64,000 bases of DNA, taken from NCBI GenBank assembly GCA_964016885.1, contig OZ024741.1, positions 81,840,001 to 81,904,000 on the forward strand, in the 5' to 3' direction. The notes under the pieces were generated by a model, which was given only the letters and a program-made list of their open reading frames with translations, made no database searches and was not told where the DNA came from. Of this stretch, positions 39,500 through 61,047 are shown piece after piece. A program made the translations under genes and the position numbers. Each line of letters opens with the position of its first letter. Positions within the stretch are counted from its first letter, which is position 1. The DNA comes from Eledone cirrhosa (Eukaryota).

Positions 39500-40734
39500 A
39501 TATCCAGTGCTTTTATCGAGAATGACACAGCTAGAGACTTATAGAATACTTAGCTGTGTACAGGAACTGGTTTGAAAGAGCGGTTGCCGGTCCGGCAGAA
39601 ATTAGAAATTGGAATAAATGCTCTGAAATAGCGATATATATGTGAATATAGACATAGAATATTCGAAAATATTCTGTATGTTTATAATAAACATTTTGAA
39701 GACCTAATCGCTATAGAATAGAATACGTCACGTATTACAATTAGATTCTCGATAAAAGCAAGGGAAGTAATCTACGCGTTTCATTCTCGTTAGAAATCAT
39801 CAGGACTACATATCCAGTGCTTTTATCGAGAATGACACAGCTAGAGACTTATAGAATACTTAGCTGTGTACAGGAACTGGTTTGAAAGAGCGGTTGCCGG
39901 TCCGGCAGAAATTAGAAATTGGAATAAATGCTCTGAAATAGCGATATATATGTGAATATAGACATAGAATATTCGAAAATATTCTGTATGTTTATAATAA
40001 ACATTTTGAAGACCTAATCGCTATAGAATAGAATACGTCACGTATTACAATTAGATTCTCGATAAAAGCAAGGGAAGTAATCTACGCGTTTCATTCTCGT
40101 TAGAAATCATCAGGACTACATATCCAGTGCTTTTATCGAGAATGACACAGCTAGAGACTTATAGAATACTTAGCTGTGTACAGGAACTGGTTTGAAAGAG
40201 CGGTTGCCGGTCCGGCAGAAATTAGAAATTGGAATAAATGCTCTGAAATAGCGATATATATGTGAATATAGACATAGAATATTCGAAAATATTCTGTATG
40301 TTTATAATAAACATTTTGAAGACCTAATCGCTATAGAATAGAATACGTCACGTATTACAATTAGATTCTCGATAAAAGCAAGGGAAGTAATCTACGCGTT
40401 TCATTCTCGTTAGAAATCATCAGGACTACATATCCAGTGCTTTTATCGAGAATGACACAGCTAGAGACTTATAGAATACTTAGCTGTGTACAGGAACTGG
40501 TTTGAAAGAGCGGTTGCCGGTCCGGCAGAAATTAGAAATTGGAATAAATGCTCTGAAATAGCGATATATATGTGAATATAGACATAGAATATTCGAAAAT
40601 ATTCTGTATGTTTATATTCTGTATGTTTCTAATTTCTGCCGGACCGGCAACCGCTCTTTCAAACCAGTTCCTGTACACAGCTAAGTATTCTATAAGTCTC
40701 TAGCTGTGTCATTCTCGATAAAAGCACTGGATAT

Positions 40735-40777
40735 GTAGTCCTGATGATTTCTAACGAGAATGAAACGCGTAGATTAC
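40735..40777 (+). ncRNA. Minimal type I HHR of array (also at 41045, 41355, 41665, 41975)
   Basis: gtagtc-CTGATGA-t ttct aacg agaa t-GAAA-cgcg-TA-gattac; palindromic ACGCGT; cleavage after 40771. Confidence 0.88.
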
Positions 40778-42137
40778 TTCCCTTGCTTTTATCGAGAATC
40801 TAATTGTAATACGTGACGTATTCTATTCTATAGCGATTAGGTCTTCAAAATGTTTATTATAAACATACAGAATATTTTCGAATATTCTATGTCTATATTC
40901 ACATATATATCGCTATTTCAGAGCATTTATTCCAATTTCTAATTTCTGCCGGACCGGCAACCGCTCTTTCAAACCAGTTCCTGTACACAGCTAAGTATTC
41001 TATAAGTCTCTAGCTGTGTCATTCTCGATAAAAGCACTGGATATGTAGTCCTGATGATTTCTAACGAGAATGAAACGCGTAGATTACTTCCCTTGCTTTT
41101 ATCGAGAATCTAATTGTAATACGTGACGTATTCTATTCTATAGCGATTAGGTCTTCAAAATGTTTATTATAAACATACAGAATATTTTCGAATATTCTAT
41201 GTCTATATTCACATATATATCGCTATTTCAGAGCATTTATTCCAATTTCTAATTTCTGCCGGACCGGCAACCGCTCTTTCAAACCAGTTCCTGTACACAG
41301 CTAAGTATTCTATAAGTCTCTAGCTGTGTCATTCTCGATAAAAGCACTGGATATGTAGTCCTGATGATTTCTAACGAGAATGAAACGCGTAGATTACTTC
41401 CCTTGCTTTTATCGAGAATCTAATTGTAATACGTGACGTATTCTATTCTATAGCGATTAGGTCTTCAAAATGTTTATTATAAACATACAGAATATTTTCG
41501 AATATTCTATGTCTATATTCACATATATATCGCTATTTCAGAGCATTTATTCCAATTTCTAATTTCTGCCGGACCGGCAACCGCTCTTTCAAACCAGTTC
41601 CTGTACACAGCTAAGTATTCTATAAGTCTCTAGCTGTGTCATTCTCGATAAAAGCACTGGATATGTAGTCCTGATGATTTCTAACGAGAATGAAACGCGT
41701 AGATTACTTCCCTTGCTTTTATCGAGAATCTAATTGTAATACGTGACGTATTCTATTCTATAGCGATTAGGTCTTCAAAATGTTTATTATAAACATACAG
41801 AATATTTTCGAATATTCTATGTCTATATTCACATATATATCGCTATTTCAGAGCATTTATTCCAATTTCTAATTTCTGCCGGACCGGCAACCGCTCTTTC
41901 AAACCAGTTCCTGTACACAGCTAAGTATTCTATAAGTCTCTAGCTGTGTCATTCTCGATAAAAGCACTGGATATGTAGTCCTGATGATTTCTAACGAGAA
42001 TGAAACGCGTAGATTACTTCCCTTGCTTTTATCGAGAATCTAATTGTAATACGTGACGTATTCTATTCTATAGCGATTAGGTCTTCAAAATGTTTATTAT
42101 AAACATACAGAATATTTTCGAATATTCTATGTCTATA

Positions 42138-42175
<38 letters not shown>

Positions 42176-42997
42176 TTCATACGCTTAACATGAATGTACG
42201 ACCATTGGTTTCCAGTTATGGCCGCCTCTGAATAGTAGTAGACGCTTTTCCAAACTGACCTCTCATCGGTCACTCTGAAAATATATGGAAAAGGAAACTC
42301 CTTTATTCGACTATATTTGATTCTAAACAGCGGAGAGGTTCATATTGGGAAAAGGGGAGTAATTCCGGAGTGTTTGAACTGTCAGCCTTAATTTATCTGT
42401 GAGTAGTATGCTTGTGTAGTATGCTAATTATCTAAAACTTTTAACCCCCTTGATTGAGATCACTACCAATGGAGATGGTAGAGTAATTACTTTTGGGGAA
42501 TCAAGGGAGGTAACATTTGGGGTTGTAAATGGTTGTTGCTCTCTGGCTTATCAGTTAACACTTAAAATGATTAAGATAAAATATTTAAAATGTTTAAAAT
42601 ATGTATGCCTCATCTAATAATCCCTCAATACTTAAACTCTGAATATTTAAATGGTTGATTGTCTGTGTGATCTTTAGGTGGCAATGGAATATAATACTAA
42701 ATCCTCTTTTAAAAGACTATTATTATATGCGTAATCTGTGCACACACTTACACACTTATAAATATATTATATATGTAAATAAGACTGTGGCTTGTCTGAA
42801 CCCATAAAGAAATACCCAGAAAACAGAGTAAACCAAACGGCGAAGCCAAACGGCGTAGTCTAGCCCCGACCACCCGCATACCCAAACTTCGCAAACCAGG
42901 CGTTTAAGAAATTTAGAATTATATTTGTTCTTTGAAAAGCCGCTACAAATAATACTTGAATGAGTATCCATGATGACAGAAAAAGAAGATAGATAGA

Positions 42998-43352
<355 letters not shown>

Positions 43353-43778
43353 TTAAAAGATTATTTGTCTCTAATATTTAGACATCTCAATCAATGGATA
43401 ACATATACAGATAAGATATCACTCACAGAAGCAATTTTAGATATTAAACTCATGCCAAAAAACTCTATTTAGGAGCGTACAAGTCTGGCGTAATTATAAG
43501 CCCGTAGCGTTGTTTTAATATATATTGAGAGATTTTTCAATTAGTAGTTTAAAAAAAGCAACGTGTTGGACAGCATGCGGTTTCAGCAACGAAATGGTAT
43601 GTAAACTTTATGATCAATATCTCCTCTTTTTCCAAAGAATACATCCGTGTTTGTTCTAATGATTTGAAATGCCTGCTACTATTTTTTTCGATTTTGAAAC
43701 CATGGTAGGGAGGCGATTATATCAGCGAGATTGCCTGGCTTATAATCCTCTAAATATATATATATATATATTTAGAGG

Positions 43779-43813
<35 letters not shown>

Positions 43814-44932
43814 CTGAAGATAAGATGCTGGAATACTGCCTGCTCGATCATGAATTATAATCGATGATTCCTTTGGACCACACTGAGCGAAATGCTTTCT
43901 ACCGTTTTCATAGTAGTGAAGAAATTCCACTCCCACTCTACATTGCAGTGCATGGTCAGCTGAAGAAAAAAGCAGCGAGCTATAAAAACAATTTTTCTTA
44001 CGAACGCCATTCTGCTTATGCTAGCTTTTAAAAGGTGAATGCAAATTAGAGGAGTGAAAAAATAAACGTATTTACATAGTGCATGGTTAATTTGAAAGGT
44101 CTATGATAATCTAGCTGTTTTCAGAAAAGGTTACGTAACTTACTGCTAACTCTATGCATCACAACGGCTCCTGGCAATGGTCCAACATTCCAAATAGCAG
44201 CATTACCCTTTTATTTTCAGCATAGCCGTATATTTCCACTAAACAATTCTCCATAAACATTATTCTATAAACAGAACATCCTCGTGTTTAGGGTGTTGGA
44301 CTTATGATCTTAAGCTCCATTACTGACAGCTTTTCAATATGACTGGTGCTACTATTATCAAAATACCTAATAAAATTGCTATGGGATGTAACCACGTAGG
44401 AAGCCATCTAAACGTTTACTGCTTGCATCACTTTTATCATCACAGCCTTTGCACTCAGAGAAGCTTCTTCTGTCTTCCCACCTTGCACACGCAATTGCTA
44501 GGTGAAAATAATTCCCCCAGTAATACCCAAACCAAAAGATGACTAATTTTGGGGTTGGTCTTTTTGTCACTCAAACTGTGCTAGAGATTACTCTATATCA
44601 TTATGAAGCTCTTCCAGGTATCTCTACCTACGGCACTGGTTCTCAAACTCAGTCCTATTCCCCAGCTTGGAATCCTAGGTTTTCTCACCTCCTCCCCATT
44701 TTGAATTGTCATCTAGTAATTTTTCATCCAAGCACCATATTAACTTGAGTAAGCTTTTCAAACCTTAATAATTGTATAGTCTAATGGTTCTCAGAAACCC
44801 AGTTCACACACCTTCCCTTGATATATCGAACTCGGTACATGCTTTCAAGGCTGTCATTTATAGTAGCGATCTATTTATTTTCGAACCACTACCTCACGAG
44901 ACATAGGCATAGTCAAATACTGTCACACGCAC

Positions 44933-45000
<68 letters not shown>

Positions 45001-45626
45001 GCGCGCGCATATATATATATTGACATATATACATATACGCGGTGAGCTTCTGAAGTTTTCTTCTACCAAATTCTAATACAAGGTATTTGCTATTGTGTAG
45101 CAAAAACTCCTTGCCTCAGGTGCCGTGCGGTGGGATGGAACCCATAACCATGAGGTTGCAAAGTAAATTCCTTAACACAGCCTCGCTTTCAAAAGATATT
45201 GTTGGATACGTTATGTTATGAGTAGAATCTAATAACGACTTCAATGTTACGATTTTACAAACGAAGGTAACTAGTTTCATAAATAAAATCATAGGAAAAT
45301 AAACAAATAAATAAATATAATAAATAAATATAATAAAGAATGAGAGAATGAAAAAAATTAAACGAATTTAATTAATTTTTCCTCTGAAATATAAGATAGA
45401 TGTGTTTTGTATATGTTTCTGTTGCAGACATAGGCAATTGAAAAATTAATATATAATTGGAAACCGGAAAGAATGAAGATTTAAATTATTTTAGATGTGA
45501 GTGGAGGGAAATGTTATTACAAATTTTGTGAGGGAGGTGAATTGGCAGTATCGGTAGAGCACCCGACAAAATGTTTTGTGAAATATAATTACGGCGTTTT
45601 ACGTTGTGTGGTCAATCTCTAATGAA

Positions 45627-45931
45627 GGCGCATGGCTTAGTGGTTAGAGCTTTGGACTTACAATCGTAAGGTTGTGAGTTCGATTCTCGACCTGGGTGAT
45701 GTATTGTGTCTTTGAGCAAGACACTTCATTTCACTTTGCTCCAGTTTACTCAGCTGTAGAAATGAGTTGAGACGTCACTGGTGTCAAGATGTATCGGCCG
45801 TTGCCTTTCTTTTGGACAGCATCGGTGGCGTGGAGAGGGGAGGCTGGTATGCATGGCTGACTGATGGTCTTCCACAAACAACCTTGCCCGGATTTGTGCC
45901 ACGGAGGAAAACTTTCTAGGTACAAATCCCA
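45627..45931 (+). mobile_element. tRNA-derived SINE family B
   Basis: ggcgcatggcttagtggttagagc...gagttcgattctc; matches 10413. Confidence 0.8.
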
Positions 45932-46145
45932 CCTCTGCTCTAAATGTCTTAGGGCCCGTTGTGAACGACTAACAATTTCTATGCCTAAACACTTAAAACC
46001 TCCATTGGTTCTACTCTACTGTGTTGTTTATACTAAAGCGTATATATTTATAACAAAAAACATTCCACTATAATTTTATATGAGAAATGTTTTAAGTTAT
46101 GTTGCAAGTACTAGCATAATAATGAGAAAGTTAGTTATATTATGA

Positions 46146-46345
46146 AAGGGCGGTGAGTTGTTGGCAGTATCGGTAGAGGGTCGGTCGTCATGCTTTGCAG
46201 CAAAGAGTTACGGTCCCTTACGGTCTCAGTTCAAATCCAGCCGAGGTTAACTTTGCCTTTCATCCTTACAAGGTCGATGAAATAAAGCACCATTAATGCA
46301 CTGGGATAATTGCTGGCCTTGTGCCAAAAGTAGAAAAAATTATTA
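46146..46345 (+). mobile_element. tRNA-derived SINE family A
   Basis: Family A head, core and tail. Confidence 0.85.
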
Positions 46346-46797
46346 AATCAGTCCAAAATCTTGAAAATCATAAACATATTTTTTTCACGTTAGATTTATT
46401 GTACCGACCGTGTTAAGCTACTGTAGCGAGTCAGAAGAAAATTCTATCTGGTAGAGCAGAGTTATTTCATCATATAAAACAGTATTTTTGAACAGGAATA
46501 AACTTTCATATATTTTGGTATATTCTGTATATTTTAGTAACTTTAGAAGATGGTGCCATTTGATTCAGTTAACTCTGGTGGTCCTACAACAATGAAATAT
46601 TAATATAGAAACAGTAAATTTCTATCGTGAAGGGAGAGTGTTAGAGATAAAGGGATATATATAAGCATACACACACACACACGCGCATATATATGTATAT
46701 GTACTTCAATCTATCTATCTTTCTCTCTATATATATGTGTGTGTGTGTATATTCATGTATATATCATTATATATATATATGCATGTCTTTGTATGTG

Positions 46798-46833
<36 letters not shown>

Positions 46834-47908
46834 ATACAGATAGGATAGAGGGAATGAGCTGTGGAAGCCATAATATCAGGTTTTGGAAGTAAAAAGTGTA
46901 TGACATAATATTTATGTTTCCGTGACTCACCTTGCTCTGTTAAAAAGAAGAAAGGACCTAGAATCGAGAGCTTATACACTTTACACTGTCGATTAATATG
47001 GATACTTCTTACTTTGCTACATCTTCATAGTTACAGCGATAATAACCTTTCCAACCGAAAGCGATAATGGATGTTATATTAAGAGAGTGGTTTAACAGTA
47101 ATGTCACAAGTTCGACAAATCCTTTGAAAATGGCTTTTTTATCCGAAGCCATGACATTAAAATATTTTCTGGGGTATTTTGCTTTTATGTTGAAAATTGT
47201 ATCTACAGAAAATACTTTTCACATTTGATGCACTGGAAACTAAATTTATACCATTCTGTTTTTCTGGTTGTTGCTTTTGTTGTTATTGTTGAAGTTGTTC
47301 TAGAAATTTTTGGAATTAGTAGTGTAAAAGCTATAAAGTGGATTAGTAGAGCCATAGAAAATGGAGAATATTTTCAGGAGAATCAAATGTTTTAGTATAA
47401 TCATATGCTAGAAAAGGATCTATTCGGCTTCTATTTTCCAAAACGTATCGAAGAAAATCTTTTAGACTAATTTTTTTTCCAAAAGCGAAGTAGTAGTAAC
47501 TATGTGATGATATTTGAAGGTCATCTCAGAATGTTGAGATCGATATTAGCGATATCCCCTGTAAAAGAGGAGAACCGGAAATGTAGTTCGATATATACTT
47601 GAAAGAAATTGAGCTATTTGAAAGAAACTTAAGGTTGTTAAACTCAGCGGCATGTTAGACTTCTACCAACGTTAAAATATAAACAGAAAAGATTGAAAAG
47701 AGAAAATATAACAAGATCCAAACTTAACCATTTCATTATAAATAAATGTATGTATATACATATCGTTTATGAGTTTAAACAGCAGTGTGGATTTATTTTT
47801 CGAAGGTGATAAGAAAGAGATAGATAATTGCTGTTGTTCAGCTTGCACTTCGATAATTTTTCTCCCTGAAACGACCACAAGACGTCATTTTGTGCTTTAT
47901 TTCATTAT

Positions 47909-48099
47909 TGGTGGATTGGCAGTATTGGTAGAGAGTCGAGCGCCATGCTTTGACGCATATAGTTACGGCCCTTGCTATTCTGAGTTCAAAGCCCGCCGAG
48001 GTTAACTTTGCCTTTCATCCTTACGGATAAAATAAAGTACCAGTAATGCACTGGGTAATTGCTGGCCTTGTGCCAATAGTAGAAACAATTATTATTATT
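47909..48099 (+). mobile_element. tRNA-derived SINE family A
   Basis: Family A sequence ending in (att)n. Confidence 0.85.
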
Positions 48100-49063
48100 G
48101 GAGACTGGAATGTCTTCAGGCGCTCACAGCCCTCGACCAGTCGGGCAATGTGATCGGTGGAAACGCCACCTTGGCGCTTTATAGAGAATTAGTGGAGGGA
48201 AAGAGCGACAACGCACTTGGAGAAACTCTAGGCGTCGACGAAAATCAACTAGCCAGTCTCTTCGGAAGAACTTTCGGGCCGGGGCCTATTGACAACGTCC
48301 AGAAATCCCTGGCCTGGCAGTGCTACCGAGGAGCTTTGCCAGTTCGGGATAAACTCTACAGGCATGGAAGTGCCGTCAACCGGGCATGTCCGAGATGCAC
48401 GCAGGGCGACAAAACCGTCCTGCACGCACTCGTCCAGTGTCCGAGCATTGCTGACTTGTGGGTTTATGTCGAACACCTGCTGTCGCGTGTAGAACAGATC
48501 CGGCTATCAGCTGAGTCCATCGTGAGGATTGTCCCGCCCTCTTCCTTTAGACGGGAAGCGCAGGCAGTTTTTATTTGTCTGGGGGCCACGGCGAAAGAGA
48601 TAGTACGGTGGACGCGTCTGAAAGGGCTGAAGACGCGCACTTACCTCTTCGGTGATGCCCTGATTAACTTTTTCAAATTTCATTTGAAACGGAAAATCAG
48701 AGTAGAGAGGGAGGTGCTCTCTTCCCAGCATTTTGTTGAAAGGTGGGTGAGAGAGGCAAGAATGGCCATAGTGTGTGCCTGTAAATTGAATGTGGAAAAC
48801 AGGGAGAGGGCACTTGCCCTGGTGGTCAGGGTCACCGTGGCTTTTTTTAATGGGCTTTCTCCACGATGGCCCTCAGAAGTCTCCCCCTTATTGGGGAATT
48901 TTTCATCGTTCCTTTTTTTGTTACATCCTCTGTTTTTATTTTTTTTTACACGCAGAAATGCCCATTTGTACCGTCCTGTATTGTCCTCTACTGTCCTTAA
49001 TGTCTCACTTTGTGTAAACCCTTGTGGTTAATAAAGAAAGCATTATTATTATTATCATTATTA
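48100..49063 (+). mobile_element. L1/Tx1-clade LINE 3' end (zf-RVT CCHC region, 3' UTR, AATAAA, (ATT)n)
   Basis: SLAWQCYRGALPVRDKL...CPRCTQGDKTVLHALVQC; aataaa at about 49030; 5'-truncated. Confidence 0.85.
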
Positions 49064-49066
49064 TCA

Positions 49067-49262
49067 AGGGCGGTGGATTGGCAGTATCAGTAGAGGGTCG
49101 GACGCTATGTTTTCCAGCATAGTTACGTCCCTTTGCGATCTGAGTTCAAATCCCGCCGAGGTTGACTTTGCCTTTCATCCTTACGGGGTCGATAAAATAA
49201 AGTACCAGTAATACACTGGGTAATTGCTGGCCTTGTGCCTAAAGTAGAAACAATTATTATTA
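49067..49262 (+). mobile_element. tRNA-derived SINE family A
   Basis: Nearly identical to 58855-59042. Confidence 0.88.
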
Positions 49263-49295
49263 TCATTATTGTTATTATTATTATTACTATTATTA

Positions 49296-49541
49296 CTAGC
49301 TGGTCTCAAGCCGTCAAAAATGACGGCTAATTGTAATATCTACACATAATATAAAAAGATATGTTTGTTGATTTGTTGGTTGGCTGGTTCCTTCTCGCTC
49401 ACTCAAAAAAAGTGATACAAACACACAAACAAACAGCTGTGACGAGCCTTAGAACGCTGGACTTCTATAGTTTCTCACCCATCCTTCCTCAGTCATTACA
49501 TAGATGTGAGTGTATGTAATTCTTATTTTTTATAAGTGTGC

Positions 49542-49581
<40 letters not shown>

Positions 49582-49858
49582 TTGTGTAGATTCGTGTGTG
49601 TCTGTAATTCTATTGTCTATGTATCTTTCTAAATAAACACACACAAACACACATACATTCACACAAATATTATATATACATATAATTTACACAAACACAA
49701 AAACTCACATAATCATAACAGCCAATGTATGTAGCGAATTCGCTACACATATACACACACAGGTGTAGCGAATGTTAGATGCTGTTTAGACACCTTCCTC
49801 AGTCATCTCATCTCTAGTGTGTAATGGACAAATACACATTGGCTTTAATATTAGTAGA
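49296..49858 (-). mobile_element. Non-autonomous Helitron (family H3)
   Basis: Minus strand A|TCTACTAATATTAAAG...hairpin agccgtca/tgacggct...CTAG|T; inserted in (att)n without a TSD. Confidence 0.85.
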
Positions 49859-49915
49859 TTATTATTACTATTATTTTGCTGGCCTTGTGCCGAAAGTAGA
49901 AACATTATTATTATT

Positions 49916-50314
49916 AGGGCGGTAGATTGGCAGTATCGGTAGAGCGTCAGACAACATGCTTTGCAGCACAGAGTTATGGCCTTTTACGTTATAAGTTCAA
50001 ATCCGAGGTTAGCTTTATAATAATAAAGCACCAGTAATGCATAGGGGTCAATATAAGTGACTTTCCCCTCCCCTCAAATAATTGGCCTTGTGCCTAAATA
50101 AGAAATCTGGCAGTAGCGGTAGAGAGTCGGACACCATGCTTTGTATCATAGAGTTACGGCCCTTTATGATCTGAGTTCAAATCCCGCCGAGGTTAACTTT
50201 GCCTTTCATCCTTACGGGATCGATAACATAAAGCACCAGCAACGTACTGGGGTCGATTTAATCGACTTTCCCTTCCCCCACCAAAATTACTAGCCTTGTG
50301 CATATACTAGAAAT

Positions 50315-50320
<6 letters not shown>
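49916..50320 (+). mobile_element. Two tandem SINE family A copies
   Basis: Heads at 49916 and 50107. Confidence 0.8.
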
Positions 50321-50355
<35 letters not shown>

Positions 50356-50987
50356 AAAGTATGTCCATAGAATCATTTGATAAAATATATACATTATTTC
50401 CTCTCCCAATCAGCGTAATCAACCACACAAAAATCCAATTAAACCAGGCTATAAGATAAAAAGGCACCTATGAAGAAATAATAGATAAATAAACGACAGC
50501 TATCTATCCGCGATCAACAGCTATAGAATATTTACCCACCATTTCTAATAGCACGTTGAAATCGATTAAATATATCGTCAACCATACACAATTAGGTATA
50601 AAATCAAAGTTAGAAGAAAAATGTATATAAACATACAAAAATTATGTTTCTACCCCATGAGATTTCATTCGCATTCATTCGTGTGTGTGTGTGTGTATGT
50701 ATGTATGTGTGTGTGCGTGTGTATTCGACTCACAAACGTAAGGTCATGAGTTTCATTCTTTGCTGCATGTTTTGTCCTTGAGCAAGACAATTTAGTTCAG
50801 GAAGCTTCAGTTCACGCAGCTAGCAAAAATATTTTAACCTCTAAATTCAAAAAGTCAACCTTGTGATATCCTGAGTCTCACTGAATCTCCCTGAGAACTG
50901 CATGAAATGTACGCATGTATGTGAATTCCTCAGCTAATTGAACGTTAATTTCCGAACGTACAGTTCTCTTCTTCGCCAGAAACGACG

Positions 50988-51468
<481 letters not shown>

Positions 51469-51668
51469 NNNNNNNNNNNNNNNNNNNNNNNNNNNNNNNN
51501 NNNNNNNNNNNNNNNNNNNNNNNNNNNNNNNNNNNNNNNNNNNNNNNNNNNNNNNNNNNNNNNNNNNNNNNNNNNNNNNNNNNNNNNNNNNNNNNNNNNN
51601 NNNNNNNNNNNNNNNNNNNNNNNNNNNNNNNNNNNNNNNNNNNNNNNNNNNNNNNNNNNNNNNNNNNN
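51469..51668. other. Assembly gap (200 N)
   Basis: Run of N. Confidence 0.99.
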
Positions 51669-58750
<7,082 letters not shown>

Positions 58751-58751
58751 A

Positions 58752-59235
58752 TAGGTAAATATACTCGGTGTGTGTATGATTGTGTATAGAAGATTATATT
58801 AATAAGAGGAATTCCAACTTTGTCTGATTTACTCGTATCATTTACAATCCTTTAGGGGCGGTGGATTGGCAGTATCGGTAGAGGGTCGGACGCCATGCTT
58901 TCCAGCATAGTACGTCCCTTTACGATCTGAGTTCAAATCCCGCCGAGGTTGACTTTGCCTTTCATCCTTACGGGGTCGATAAAATAAAGTACCAGTAATG
59001 CACTGGGTAATTGCTGGCCTTGTGCCAAAAGTAGAAACAATTATTTACAATCCTTTAAAATATATATATAATGGTATTATAATGAAATAGTATGATAGAA
59101 TATTAAATTCTAAGTGTCAATTAACACTTAGAATTTAATATTCTATCATACTATTTCATTATAATACCATTATATATATATTTTAAAGGATTGTAAATAA
59201 AACGAGTAAATCAGACAAAGTCGGAATTCCTCTTG

Positions 59236-59236
<1 letters not shown>
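58752..59236. mobile_element. Fold-back element (arms about 115 bp, centre 59120) interrupted by a SINE
   Basis: aagaggaattcc...taagtgt-caatta-acactta...ggaattcctctt; left arm has about 50 nt extra; (TA)n flanks. Confidence 0.8.
58855..59042 (+). mobile_element. SINE family A with a 15-bp target-site duplication
   Basis: TSD atttacaatccttta at 58840-58854 and 59043-59057. Confidence 0.92.
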
Positions 59237-60372
<1,136 letters not shown>

Positions 60373-60373
60373 T

Positions 60374-60495
<122 letters not shown>

Positions 60496-60517
60496 TACAT
60501 ATATATATATACATATT

Positions 60518-60565
<48 letters not shown>

Positions 60566-60569
60566 CATA

Positions 60570-61040
60570 TACAGCTTTAAAGAAGTAGCTTTTAAAAAAT
60601 TTCCCTTTTCTTTAAATCCATCAACCACGACCGATCCCCAATCATCTTATAGACACCTGAAATATAGGTATTGTTAGCTTAAGAGAAACTTAAAAATAAA
60701 AAGTGGCACCCCAATCTGAACTTGTTTATAGAATTCTCTCTGCCTTTGTTACTCTAAATATAAATTATAGCATTAAAGAATTAGCTTTTAATGAATTCCC
60801 TTAACTTTCAACCAATGACCTTCACCCATCCCACTACTCACCCTCTCCTACCACCTGAAAAGATATAAATACCACAACATTTATTTCTAGAAAACCAGAT
60901 TCCTGATGATTTCTAAAGAATGAAACAGTTCTAGTCCTGTAGAATCTCATCTATATTAAAACTTTTATACTCTGCTAGGTATTGAGTACCTTACTTACTG
61001 TGGTCACCTCCGATTCATCCCGGAATAAATAACTTACCTA
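60570..61040 (+). mobile_element. PLE 3' end / solo pLTR
   Basis: [14 protein letters not shown] resembles a GIY-YIG C-terminus; CCAAT, TATAAAT, then an HHR; (TA)n flanks. Confidence 0.6.
60897..60947 (+). ncRNA. Type I hammerhead ribozyme, GUA site
   Basis: agattc-CTGATGA-tttctaaagaat-GAAA-cag ttctagtc ctg-TA-gaatct. Confidence 0.85.
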
Positions 61041-61047
61041 TATATAT

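Larger units (their letters stand above)
39298..42141. mobile_element. Retrozyme-like 310-bp tandem array in inverted arrangement (about 4.25 units minus, about 4.9 units plus)
   Basis: Period exactly 310 (39301/39611/39921/40231/40541; 40631/40941/41251/41561/41871); one HHR per unit; (TA)n flanks. Confidence 0.93.

Noticed and set aside
39298-42141. CRISPR array or plain satellite interpretation; a second HHR in the opposite polarity of the unit (tttgaaaga...gcagaaa)
   Set aside because: Eukaryotic context with no unique spacers; the antisense candidate lacks a valid core and stems I/III.
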